Shown: positions 9,435 to 18,311, counted from the stretch's first letter. The stretch is DNA of 52,252 nucleotides from Deltaproteobacteria bacterium (GCA_032128375.1 JAQBGU010000121.1:1-52252), one strand, 5' to 3'. Numbers and translations are program-made. Notes: generated by a model not told the origin, from the sequence alone.

Positions 9435-10019
9435 GTCGAGCTTCTGCTTCGCATCGGGGGCCGGAATCTGCTCGCGGTCGTACTCGCCGCGGAGAAAATC
9501 GAGTCTCCGCTTCAACAGGTGTTCGGGGACCAGCAACTGCTCCTTCTCGAACAGCATCGACTCGCGGTCGTAGGACGCGATCTCGACCTCTCGACTCATC
9601 ACGATCGCCTCTTCCGGACACGCCTCTTCGCACAGGCCGCACCACATGCAGCGCGACATGTCGATGTCGAACGCCTCGGGGTACCGCTCGATGCTCGCGC
9701 CCTCGAGTTCTCCGGGGACAATCGTGATGCAATCGGTCGGGCACGCGAACTCGCACAATCCACATGCGACACAGCGCGGCTGACCATTTTCGAGTTGCAC
9801 CAGTACCGGCATGCCCCGAAACGCGTCGGGGTAATCGACGCGCTCTTCAGGGTATTGGATGACGAAATCCGTGCGGTTCTTTCCCGTCACGAAACCGCGG
9901 AGATTGCGGAAGAAGTGTCCGCTGGTAACAGACAGCCCCTTCATGATTGCAGGAACATAGAGGCGCTCGAGAAGTCCGAGCTTCTCGCCACGCTTGACTT
10001 TGATTACCCCACCCGGCAT
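9432..10019 (-). CDS. nuoI: NADH-quinone oxidoreductase subunit I (2x[4Fe-4S])
   Basis: QYPEER..FRG, CVACGLCEFACP and CMWCGLCEEACP. Confidence 0.93.
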   Translation of the reverse strand: MPGGVIKVKRGEKLGLLERLYVPAIMKGLSVTSGHFFRNLRGFVTGKNRTDFVIQYPEERVDYPDAFRGMPVLVQLENGQPRCVACGLCEFACPTDCITIVPGELEGASIERYPEAFDIDMSRCMWCGLCEEACPEEAIVMSREVEIASYDRESMLFEKEQLLVPEHLLKRRLDFLRGEYDREQIPAPDAKQKLD

Positions 10020-10116
10020 GGCGGGCAATATAGGCGAAATCCCGGATGGGCCCACCCACGAGGACGGGAAATTAGCGTCGGCCCGCTCGCCCTTGGTGGA
10101 ACGAATGCAACGAAAG

Positions 10117-10824
10117 TCACTTCGCGGCTTTCGCCGGCCACTGCTCGCAACAGGCCCGTGACACGCTGCGGCGCACACGCTCGGCAAGACCCTTATCCGC
10201 TGTGCCAGCCAAGCCGAGTTCGCGCTCGACCGATGTCATTTCAACGAAGTCGAGACCACAGGGCACAATCGCTTCGAAACCGGCCAGATCGATGTCCACA
10301 TTCAGCGCGAAGCCGTGGTAGGTGACCCAGCTTCGGACACCCACGCCGATCGACGCGATCTTGCGCGGCCTGCCCACCCGCGAAGCGCCGGGTGGATCGC
10401 CCGAAGCCCCTGCGAATACGCCGGTATACCCATCGCGAGTGTGCGATGGGATCCCCAGCTCGCCTAGCACGGAACGGATGGCGGCTTCGATCTTCCGGAG
10501 GAATAGGTGCACGTCGCGTTCATCGCGTTCGGCCAGATCGATGATCAGGTAACCGACGAGCTGCCCGGGCCCGTGGTAGGTCACATCGCCCCCACGTGAA
10601 ACACGGTGGAATTCCACACCGAGGCGGTCCAGTTCAGTTGCGTCGATCAACAGATTCTCGGTTGTGGCGCCGCGTCCAATCGTGATGACGGGCGGGTGCT
10701 CCAGCAACAGAAGCTTGTCGCAGCCCGTACCCGCGCGTCGGGCTTCGACCGCCTTCATCTGGAGCTCGAGGGCATCCCGGTACGGAAGTGTGCCCAACCA
10801 GTCCACCTCGAGCTGTTGCGTCAT
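10117..10824 (-). CDS. lipB: Lipoyl(octanoyl) transferase
   Basis: LLEHPPVITIGR, RGGDVTYHGPGQLVGY, KIASIG, TYHGFALNV, IVPCG; AGGAGG RBS. Confidence 0.96.
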   Translation of the reverse strand: MTQQLEVDWLGTLPYRDALELQMKAVEARRAGTGCDKLLLLEHPPVITIGRGATTENLLIDATELDRLGVEFHRVSRGGDVTYHGPGQLVGYLIIDLAERDERDVHLFLRKIEAAIRSVLGELGIPSHTRDGYTGVFAGASGDPPGASRVGRPRKIASIGVGVRSWVTYHGFALNVDIDLAGFEAIVPCGLDFVEMTSVERELGLAGTADKGLAERVRRSVSRACCEQWPAKAAK

Positions 10825-10913
10825 CGGGGTCCTCCTCCCGCGCTGAGTTCAGGGCCGGAAAAAAAACAGAACTCCAGAAAACAGCCCGGAACCGAAGAAG
10901 GGCAGAGCCCAGG

Positions 10914-12275
10914 CTAGAGATCGAATTCCGCCTGCTCGAGCAGTTCGCGAACCCGATACAGAAAGGCATTCGCCGGTGCGCCATCCACCGCACGGTGATC
11001 GTAGGACAATGCCAGGTGCATCACCGGGCGAATCACCACCACATCCTCACCGCAAAGCGTGCGAACGACCGGACGTTTGACGATCTCGCCCATCCGCAAG
11101 ATGGCCACCTGCGGTTGGTTGATGATCGCAAAGCCGTACAAATTCCCGTTGCGCCCCGGGTTCGAGATGGTGAATGTCCCACCGCGGAGTTCATCGGCCG
11201 ATAGGCGCTTGGAACGCGCGCGGCGCGACAAGTCTTCGATCGCCTGCGCGACGCCGGCGAGCGAAAGGCGATCCGCATGCCGGATCACGGGAACGACGAG
11301 CCCCCTGTCGGTTTCGACCGCAATCCCGATATGACAGTGCACCTTCTCGACGATCGCGTCGCCGAGCACGGAGGCGTTCAACCCGGGACTTTCGCGCAGC
11401 GCCCGCACCGTGGCGTGCACCAGAAAAGGCAGAAAGCTGAGCGCGAAGCCATGGGTATCGACGAATCCCTTCTTGTGCTTGTTGCGAACCGCATCGACCC
11501 CGCTCATGTCGATCTCAGCGACCGTGCCGACGTGAGGGCTGGTCCGCTTGGAGTAAACCATGTGATCGGCCACGAGTCTGCGAAGTGGGGTGATCGGGAT
11601 GAGGCGGTCGCCTTCTTGCAGCGTGTAGCTGGCAAATGAAGGCTTGTCGTGGGACGGCGAAGTTCCGAAAGGGGAGCGTGTCGCGGGCTGCGAAACCGGC
11701 ACTGGCTGTTGTTGTGACTGTGACTGTGACTGTGCCTGTGACCGTTGTCGTGGCTGTACAGACGCAGGCGCACTCTCCCAGTCGACGTCCTGCGCGACCG
11801 ATTCGCCGCGAAGGCTGGCATACCGGAGCACGTCTCTTTTCGTAACCCGGCCTCCGGATCGCGTTGGAGAGACGTCCTCGAGCGGCACGTTCTGCGCGTC
11901 GGCTACCCGCATCGCCAGCGGTGTAGCGCGCAGCCGATCGGGCGCGGCGCGATTCCATGCTGAGCGGCTCGCGATCTCGGCTGCGGCGGTTTCAGCGGGG
12001 TTGTGAGGGGTGTGGTGTGGGATGCCGTGGGCGGTATTGAGAGTCGCGATCCACGCCAGTTCCGCGCCGATCGGCACGACCTCGCCCTCGGAAACCGCAA
12101 TCCGCTCGACAACTCCCGACACGGGTGCAGGGATCTCGGCATCGACCTTGTCGGTCGTCACCTCCACGAGCGGTTGATCGCGTTCGACGTGATCCCCTTC
12201 CTTGACGAGCCAAGTGGAGATCGTGCCCTCGACGACGCTCTCTCCGAGCGCGGGAAGTACCACTGCCATCGACAT
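10914..12275 (-). CDS. 2-oxoacid dehydrogenase E2 dihydrolipoamide acyltransferase (SucB-like; substrate unassigned)
   Basis: Lipoyl domain LGESVVEG...TTDKVD, E3-binding domain ATPLAMR...GGRVTKRDV, catalytic GGTFTISNPG and DHRAVDG; linker contains QS repeats from a TGTGAC tandem at 11713-11742. Confidence 0.93.
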   Translation of the reverse strand: MSMAVVLPALGESVVEGTISTWLVKEGDHVERDQPLVEVTTDKVDAEIPAPVSGVVERIAVSEGEVVPIGAELAWIATLNTAHGIPHHTPHNPAETAAAEIASRSAWNRAAPDRLRATPLAMRVADAQNVPLEDVSPTRSGGRVTKRDVLRYASLRGESVAQDVDWESAPASVQPRQRSQAQSQSQSQQQPVPVSQPATRSPFGTSPSHDKPSFASYTLQEGDRLIPITPLRRLVADHMVYSKRTSPHVGTVAEIDMSGVDAVRNKHKKGFVDTHGFALSFLPFLVHATVRALRESPGLNASVLGDAIVEKVHCHIGIAVETDRGLVVPVIRHADRLSLAGVAQAIEDLSRRARSKRLSADELRGGTFTISNPGRNGNLYGFAIINQPQVAILRMGEIVKRPVVRTLCGEDVVVIRPVMHLALSYDHRAVDGAPANAFLYRVRELLEQAEFDL

Positions 12276-12336
12276 ACCTGCCAGATCTCCCTGCGGCACA
12301 GGCCGCTCGTTGCGCGTCCCGTCACGGGTCGCACTG

Positions 12337-13752
12337 CTAGCTGTTCAATGAGCGCCCTTCGGCGGCCAAAGCTGATTCCCAGATTGCCTCCGACAGGGTC
12401 GGATGAGCGTGAATCGTATGAATGAGTTCTCTTGTCGTCGCTTCGAGCTGCATCGCGAGCGAAACCTCTGCAATCAACTCGGTCGCGCCAGCACCGATGA
12501 CGTGGGCGCCGAGGATCTCCCCCATTTCGCCATCGACGATGAGTTTTGCGAATCCAGCCGCGTGGCCTGCCGCGACCGCCTTGCCCGATGCAGCAAACGG
12601 GAACTTGCCGACGCGAACCCGATCGCCCCATTCGGCCCGGGCCGCGGCCTCCGTCAGCCCCACCGACGCAACCTGAGGTTGCGCGTAAATACAGGCTGGC
12701 ACGCGAGAGAGATCCAACGGCGGGCGCTCGATTCCGGCCAAATGTTCAACCGCGGCAATCCCCTGTTCGGAGGCTTTGTGGGCGAGCAAGGGCCCCCCCG
12801 CGACATCGCCGATCGCCAATACCGTCTGCAGCTGGGTCGTATGCCACGCGTCAGTGACGACGAATCCGCGCGCGTCGGTCTCGATACCGAGCGGGTCGAG
12901 TCCGAGATCGGCAGAATTGGGGCGCCGGCCGATCGCAACCAGAACCTGGTCGACCGCAATCGAAGCCCCGCGGGCTTCTTCCTCCGAGCCCCGGCCTTCG
13001 CACTGGTACTCGACTCGAACCTCAGAGCCGCTCGCATCGATATTCTCGAAGCGGGCACCGGTCAACACTTTGATTCCCTTGCGAGCAAATTCGCTCTCCA
13101 GCGCCAAAGCGACGTCCGGATCCGCGCCGGGCAGCATCTGGTCGGCCATCTCGAGAATCGTGACTTGGGCGCCGTACATCGCGTAGACATACGCGAACTC
13201 GACGCCGACCGCGCCTGCACCTATCACCAGCAGCCTGGCCGGAATCGTTCGTGAAGCCAACGCTTCTTTCGATGTGAGAACGCGCTGGCCGTCCACCTCG
13301 ACCCCCGGCGGAACCCATTCACGCGAACCCGTAGCCAACAAGATGGACCGGGCGCCGATCGATCCGGCGCCGCTGACGTCCAGCGACGTGCCGCTGGTCA
13401 GCTTGGCGAACCCGGCCACCCAGTCGATTCGGTTCTTGCGCAGCAGCGACTCGACTCCCTTTGACAGCCGGCCCGCAACGCGTCGGCTGTGGTCGACTGC
13501 GCGGCCATAATCGAGCGTGACGACATCCGAGTGGATGCCGAAAGCCGGGCCGTTCGAGCGCAGCGAATCGACCAACTCGGCTCCGGTCAATAGAGCCTTG
13601 GTCGGGATGCAGCCCCAGTTCAGGCAGACGCCACCCGGGTGTTCGGCTTCGACCAGGGCGACTCGCAGCCCGAGCTGCGCCCCGCGAATCGCTGCGACGT
13701 ATCCGCCGGGACCGGCACCGACCACAGCCAAATCATATTGAACCCCGTCCAC
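12337..13752 (-). CDS. lpdA: Dihydrolipoamide dehydrogenase (E3)
   Basis: GAGPGGYVAAIR, GGVCLNWGCIPTK, LAHKASEQG, HAHPTLSE. Confidence 0.96.
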   Translation of the reverse strand: MDGVQYDLAVVGAGPGGYVAAIRGAQLGLRVALVEAEHPGGVCLNWGCIPTKALLTGAELVDSLRSNGPAFGIHSDVVTLDYGRAVDHSRRVAGRLSKGVESLLRKNRIDWVAGFAKLTSGTSLDVSGAGSIGARSILLATGSREWVPPGVEVDGQRVLTSKEALASRTIPARLLVIGAGAVGVEFAYVYAMYGAQVTILEMADQMLPGADPDVALALESEFARKGIKVLTGARFENIDASGSEVRVEYQCEGRGSEEEARGASIAVDQVLVAIGRRPNSADLGLDPLGIETDARGFVVTDAWHTTQLQTVLAIGDVAGGPLLAHKASEQGIAAVEHLAGIERPPLDLSRVPACIYAQPQVASVGLTEAAARAEWGDRVRVGKFPFAASGKAVAAGHAAGFAKLIVDGEMGEILGAHVIGAGATELIAEVSLAMQLEATTRELIHTIHAHPTLSEAIWESALAAEGRSLNS

Positions 13753-13875
13753 CGAGCGCGCTTCCCCCCGCTCATGAATCGGACGGGCGTGGGGGAATCT
13801 TGATTGAAAGCTGCTGGGTTCGGAACTGGAGCTGCCGGCAGATGATCGAACCCGAGTGATCGGGCAGGCGATCGT

Positions 13876-14514
13876 TCAGGCGATGGGTTTCTCGACGACG
13901 GGAAGACGCAACTCGTTCAATTCGCGGTGCCTACCATCAGCCGGTACCCGCTCGATCTGGATCCTGGCCTGGAGCTTCATCAGCCCATCGATCACCGCCT
14001 CGGGGCGAGGCGGACAGCCGGGAATATAGATATCGACCGGAATGATCGTATCGATTCCCTGAACGGTCGCGTAGTTGTTGTAGGGTCCCCCCGAGCAGGT
14101 GCACGCGCCAAACGCCATGACCCATTTGGGCTCCGCCATCTGGTCGTAGACCTTCTTCAGGATCGGCGCCTGCCGGTGAGTGATGGTGCCGACCACCATC
14201 AGCAGGTCAGACTGGCGCGGAGAAAAGCGGGGCAGAGCACAGCCAAAGCGGTCGATGTCGTATCGCGGGCCCGCGACGGACATGAATTCCATCCCGCAGC
14301 AGGCCGTGACGAACGGATACAAGAACATGGAGTACTTGCGGCCCCAGTTCATCACAGAATCTGCGGTGGTCGTCAGGAACGAATCCCCGCCCTGGCGCAA
14401 GAATTCGATCGCGCGATTCGGAATATCCGCGACTGCTTCGCGCTGCGCGTCCGTGGCCGGAATGACGGCTCGGGCCCTTCTCGGCGCGTCCGGCGGTGTC
14501 TCCGCTGATCCCAT
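13876..14514 (-). CDS. nuoB: NADH-quinone oxidoreductase subunit B
   Basis: TACCGME, RFSPRQSD, QMAEPKWVMAFGAC, VDIYIPGCPPRPE. Confidence 0.96.
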   Translation of the reverse strand: MGSAETPPDAPRRARAVIPATDAQREAVADIPNRAIEFLRQGGDSFLTTTADSVMNWGRKYSMFLYPFVTACCGMEFMSVAGPRYDIDRFGCALPRFSPRQSDLLMVVGTITHRQAPILKKVYDQMAEPKWVMAFGACTCSGGPYNNYATVQGIDTIIPVDIYIPGCPPRPEAVIDGLMKLQARIQIERVPADGRHRELNELRLPVVEKPIA

Positions 14515-14621
14515 CCTGGATATTTCCCCTTCCTGGCTGCGCTTGGCAGTGAGAACCTATAGCGACTGTAGCGACTTTGTTACTCTCCGGCCGGCGATGT
14601 CAGCCCAATGATATCAGTCCA

Positions 14622-15353
14622 GTGACCGTAACCCAGGCGCCCTTCACGCTGGGCCGAGTCGTACTCGCGTGGTGTGTTCACCTGTTTACCGCCAGCGGCG
14701 CGGTGATCGGCGTGGCTGCGCTGGTTGCGATTTCCGCGGGTGATCTGTCCCAAGCTGCGATGCTGATGTTGATCGCGCTTTTCATCGATGCGGTCGATGG
14801 TTCGCTGGCACGCAAGGCGAGAGTCAGCATCGTTTTGCCGAACTTCGACGGTCGGCGGCTCGACGACATGGTCGACTTCTTCAACTACGTGCTGGTACCT
14901 GCCGTGTTCATGATCAGTGCCGGCAACCTGGTCCACTGGGGGGTGATCGCATTTCCGGTCTTGGCCAGCGCTTACGGGTTTTCGCTGAATGACGCGAAGA
15001 CCGAAGATGACTTCTTTCTAGGCTTTCCTTCGTATTGGAACGTGGTCGCGCTGTATCTGTGGCTGCTCGAGCTCTCGCCAGACGTGGGCAGTGCGATCGT
15101 CGTGGTGTTGGCCGGGTGCATATTCGTCCCGATCAAATACATCTATCCCAGCAAGCTGCGCGTGCTATTTCGCACCACGGCCGCTCTATCGCTGCTGTGG
15201 GTGATCGCGATGGCGTGGTGTGTCGCCGACCCGGCGAGCGCGGCGCGTTTCGCCGGAATCGAGGTGTCGCTTTTGTATCCGATCTACTACGTAGTGCTTT
15301 CGTTGTGGATCGGGGGCTGGCACAAGCCCTCGCAAAATTGCACCGGAGGGTGA
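14622..15353 (+). CDS. pcs: CDP-alcohol phosphatidyltransferase, phosphatidylcholine synthase-like
   Basis: VHLFTASG, DAVDGSLAR, DGRRLDDMVDF, AKTEDDFFLGFPSYWNVV, FVPIKYIYP, all characteristic of the Pcs subfamily. Confidence 0.75.
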   Translation: MTVTQAPFTLGRVVLAWCVHLFTASGAVIGVAALVAISAGDLSQAAMLMLIALFIDAVDGSLARKARVSIVLPNFDGRRLDDMVDFFNYVLVPAVFMISAGNLVHWGVIAFPVLASAYGFSLNDAKTEDDFFLGFPSYWNVVALYLWLLELSPDVGSAIVVVLAGCIFVPIKYIYPSKLRVLFRTTAALSLLWVIAMAWCVADPASAARFAGIEVSLLYPIYYVVLSLWIGGWHKPSQNCTGG

Positions 15354-15386
15354 AGTCTGTCCGACAATGCCAGATCGCTTGGTGAG

Positions 15387-16433
15387 ATGGGAAAACCGAT
15401 CGAGCGAAGCGGCGCGCTGCTCGTGAACCTCGGCACGCCAGATTCTCCGGCCGTGACCGATGTGCGCCGGTATCTGCGCCAGTTCCTCAGTGACCCCCGG
15501 GTGCTCGACATGCCCGCAGTGCTGCGTTGGCTATTTCTGCGTACCGTGATCCTCCCGTCCCGGCCGAAGCGCTCGGCGGCGGCGTATTCGAAGATCTGGA
15601 TGCCGCAGGGCTCGCCGCTGTTGGTCCACACCCGCAATTTGGGGATCGCGGTGGCCGCGGAGTTGGGCGAGTGCTGGGAGCTGGCGTTCGGGATGCGCTA
15701 TGGATCGCCATCGATTCGAGCCGCGGTCGAGCAGTTGGCGGCAGCGAAGATCACGCGGCTGGTGGTGCTTCCGCTGTTTCCCCAATTCTCCGAAGCTGCG
15801 ACAGGTTCCGCGATCGCCGAAATCGACGCACAAGTGCGGCGCGCGGAGTTCGATATCCCGGTCCACACCATTCGAAGCTTCTGTGAGGAGCCGGGTTTCA
15901 TCGCTTCGGTCGCCGAACTCTTGAGCGACGCGTTCGCCTCGTTCGAGCCCGACTATGTGCTGTTCAGTTACCACGGCCTGCCCGAACGCCAAATTCGCAA
16001 TGGGGACCCGACTGCCTCGCACTGCTTGGAGACACCGGGATGTTGCGATGTTCGCGATCGCCCGATCGCGGAGTGCTACCGCGCGCAGTGCTTCGCAACG
16101 AGTCGCGCGCTGGCCGCTGCGCTGAAACTCGATCCCGAACGACACAGCAATTCCTTCCAGTCGCGGCTGGGTCGAACGCCGTGGATTCAACCTTTTACCG
16201 ATGTCGTATTCGGCGATCTCGCGGCCAGGGGTGTACGCAGGCTGCTCGTCGTTTGTCCTTCATTTACAGCGGATTGCCTCGAAACTGTCGAGGAGATCGG
16301 CATCCGTGGGCGCGAACAGTGGCGCAGCCTCGGCGGTGAAGATCTGATGGCAGTACCAGCACCCAATGCGACCGCCACGTGGTCGAGCGCGGTAGCCGAC
16401 TTGCTTCGATCGAACCTTCCGACCCAGGGCTAG
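15387..16433 (+). CDS. hemH: Ferrochelatase with an internal Cys-rich [2Fe-2S] insert
   Basis: LLVNLGTPDSP, GMRYGSP, PLFPQFS, FSYHGLP, FQSRLG, FTADCLETVEEI; CX5CCX9CX4C insert. Confidence 0.96.
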   Translation: MGKPIERSGALLVNLGTPDSPAVTDVRRYLRQFLSDPRVLDMPAVLRWLFLRTVILPSRPKRSAAAYSKIWMPQGSPLLVHTRNLGIAVAAELGECWELAFGMRYGSPSIRAAVEQLAAAKITRLVVLPLFPQFSEAATGSAIAEIDAQVRRAEFDIPVHTIRSFCEEPGFIASVAELLSDAFASFEPDYVLFSYHGLPERQIRNGDPTASHCLETPGCCDVRDRPIAECYRAQCFATSRALAAALKLDPERHSNSFQSRLGRTPWIQPFTDVVFGDLAARGVRRLLVVCPSFTADCLETVEEIGIRGREQWRSLGGEDLMAVPAPNATATWSSAVADLLRSNLPTQG

Positions 16434-16468
16434 GTTCCGTTCGCTGCTACCCCAGTGCCAGCATCCGA

Positions 16469-16618
16469 TCAGTTGTGCGACCTCTCGGCCGCCTCGCTCT
16501 CTCCCTCGCGGAGCTCGGACCAGAAACGCGCCCTCGCGTCCTCCACCTGTCGCTCCTCGGAATCTTCCTGACTTCGCCGCCAAAGGCGCGCAAGGATCTG
16601 GCGCAGACGCTCCCACAT
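16469..16618 (-). CDS. Small hypothetical protein (49 aa)
   Basis: MWERLRQILARLWRRSQEDSEERQVEDARARFWSELREGESEAAERSHN; helical, charged, protein-like; no clear RBS. Confidence 0.45.
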   Translation of the reverse strand: MWERLRQILARLWRRSQEDSEERQVEDARARFWSELREGESEAAERSHN

Positions 16619-16845
16619 ATTTAGTTCGGCACGGCAGCAGGTGCGGACGCTCCACCAGGCGCCGCTCGCTTCCGCCAAGAGCCCCGCACGTACCGCGTTT
16701 TTTCGAGCGCAGTGTTGTGCAAGTCTACCAGCGCGGCTGCGAAGCCGAGTGCGTCTTCAAACGCATCAGGCTCGGAGCGCTCGCACTCTGCGATTCCGAC
16801 GCTCAACACTTGGATGTCCCTCCCACCGGTGGCCGATAAGTTTGC

Positions 16846-16912
16846 CAAGCAGATAAAATTTGTCAATCATATATGCAATCTGCTTGATCTATCAAGCAGA
16901 TTGCCGCACAAT
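16846..16912. promoter_or_regulatory. Putative operator and divergent promoters
   Basis: Perfect 14-bp inverted repeat GCAATCTGCTTGAT-ct-ATCAAGCAGATTGC (16875-16904), extra half-site CAAGCAGAT (16846-16854), TTGACA on the minus strand (16861-16866), TTGATC-N17-CACAAT on the plus strand; locally AT-rich. Confidence 0.7.
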
Positions 16913-17027
16913 CCGTTGTCCGAGCTTCGAGCTCGGGCATTCGAGCGACAAGGGGAATCCGATCAGTCCGATACCGGGGACCGAGTCGAACAAGGGCTCC
17001 ACCTTTCAATCCCACAGGAGGCGGTTC

Positions 17028-17090
17028 ATGAGATGGCTCCCGATAGCCATGGCGGGTCGGCACTCCAGTTCCGTTGAAACCCAATCATGA
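17028..17090 (+). CDS. Putative 20-aa leader ORF coupled to the XRE regulator
   Basis: AGGAGG 6 nt upstream of ATG; MRWLPIAMAGRHSSSVETQS; stop overlaps the regulator start (ATGA). Confidence 0.45.
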   Translation: MRWLPIAMAGRHSSSVETQS

Positions 17091-17497
17091 TGAAGACGCA
17101 GAAACAGCCTGCGGAGCCAACCCGGCTCAAGAAACCCGAGTTCGAAGGGCAACCCAGCGAGCTCGGCCCCGTCCTCGCCGACCTGCGCAAGGCCAAAGGA
17201 CTCACCCTCCGAGAAGTCGCGGAGGCTTCGGACCACGCTGTTTCGAACGCGTATTTGAGCCAGCTCGAGAACGGGAAGATCAAGAAACCGTCGCCCAATG
17301 TGCTGCATAGCCTGGCAAGCGTCTATTCCGTGCCGTATGAGGCGTTGATGGAGAGGGCGGGATACTTGTTGCACGCAAAAAACTCAGGGGGGCGTCGCAA
17401 GAGGTTGGCAGCGTTCGCGATCGACGATCTGACAGCTGAGGAGGAAGAAGATCTCCTGAAGTACCTCGCTTTCCTTCGCTGGCGAACTCGATCATGA
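17087..17497 (+). CDS. XRE/HTH_3 transcriptional regulator, CapH-like
   Basis: LRKAKGLTLREVA...VSNAYLSQLENGKIKKPSPNVL...LMERAGY plus the short C-terminal helix DLTAEEEEDLLKYLAFLR. Confidence 0.9.
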   Translation: MMKTQKQPAEPTRLKKPEFEGQPSELGPVLADLRKAKGLTLREVAEASDHAVSNAYLSQLENGKIKKPSPNVLHSLASVYSVPYEALMERAGYLLHAKNSGGRRKRLAAFAIDDLTAEEEEDLLKYLAFLRWRTRS

Positions 17498-18003
17498 GCC
17501 CAATGTCCGCACTCCCCCTCCAATCCGACATGAATCGTTCCGCCGGAGAGCCTGGGCATGGCCGGGTCCGCTTGTATGCAATCTTCGATGTCGAACACGA
17601 CCGGGATCTATACGAGCTTCTTCTCGCGGAGTCGGATATGCCGGGCTGCGGCTTCGAGGTGACGGGCGGATCCCAACGCAATATCGACCCCGTGCTCAGG
17701 CGGACGGCCGTTCGGCGGCGGATCCAGCAGGCAGATCAGGTGATCGTGATCTGCGGCGAGCACACCGAGGATTCGGTGCTCGTTCATTCCGAACTCCGTG
17801 CTGCGCAGGACGATGAGAAATCGTACTTCCTGCTGTGGGGTCGACGGGGAACCATGTGCACCAAGCCGATCGGAGCCAAGCGGGCCGAAGGCATGTACAG
17901 CTGGACGCGGCAGTTCTTACAGGATCAGATTTCATTCAATCTCCGCAAGGCCGCAACGGACGCGACGGCCAAGGGCCTGCGCAATCCGAATCACCATGCC
18001 TGA
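17494..18003 (+). CDS. TIR-like domain protein (ThsB/MTH538/DUF1863 type), divergent
   Basis: IFDVEHDRDL, RRIQQADQVIVICGEHT, VHSELRAAQ (candidate catalytic Glu), YFLLWGR, CTKP, MYSWT; ATGA overlap with the regulator. Confidence 0.75.
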   Translation: MSPMSALPLQSDMNRSAGEPGHGRVRLYAIFDVEHDRDLYELLLAESDMPGCGFEVTGGSQRNIDPVLRRTAVRRRIQQADQVIVICGEHTEDSVLVHSELRAAQDDEKSYFLLWGRRGTMCTKPIGAKRAEGMYSWTRQFLQDQISFNLRKAATDATAKGLRNPNHHA

Positions 18004-18311
18004 ACGCCCCAGCGCGCTGACACACCCGCGCCTGGAGCCAGCTCGAATGGGATGGCATCGGCTCGCCACGATGAAGCGGACTTGGATTGCTTTCTCGAGC
18101 CGGCCACAGCACTCGACGAGGAGAAGCACAATCAGCCGGTTCCGGTTAGTCTCCCCGCTCGGCACGCGCTGGCTAGGAGCGGCACAAACCGTGAAGCCGG
18201 CGCGAAAGCTTGCCGCCGAGCGCGGGCCTAGCGATCGCCACCATGACACCTGCCGGGAGCCGCTCTGCGGTCCGGTGCAGGTCCGAACAACACCCTAGGA
18301 GAGATCGAGAG

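Noticed and set aside
7571..14514. Group 4 [NiFe]-hydrogenase reading of nuoB/C/D/I
   Set aside because: The large subunit lacks both Ni-binding CxxC motifs, and NuoB has the adjacent CC typical of complex I
16830..16845. Sigma54 promoter (TGGC...TTGC) next to the operator
   Set aside because: GG-to-GC spacing is 11 nt rather than the required 10
17087..18003. Complete Thoeris or CBASS system
   Set aside because: No ThsA (SIR2/Macro), CD-NTase, Cap effector or CapP/IrrE peptidase is recognisable anywhere in the window
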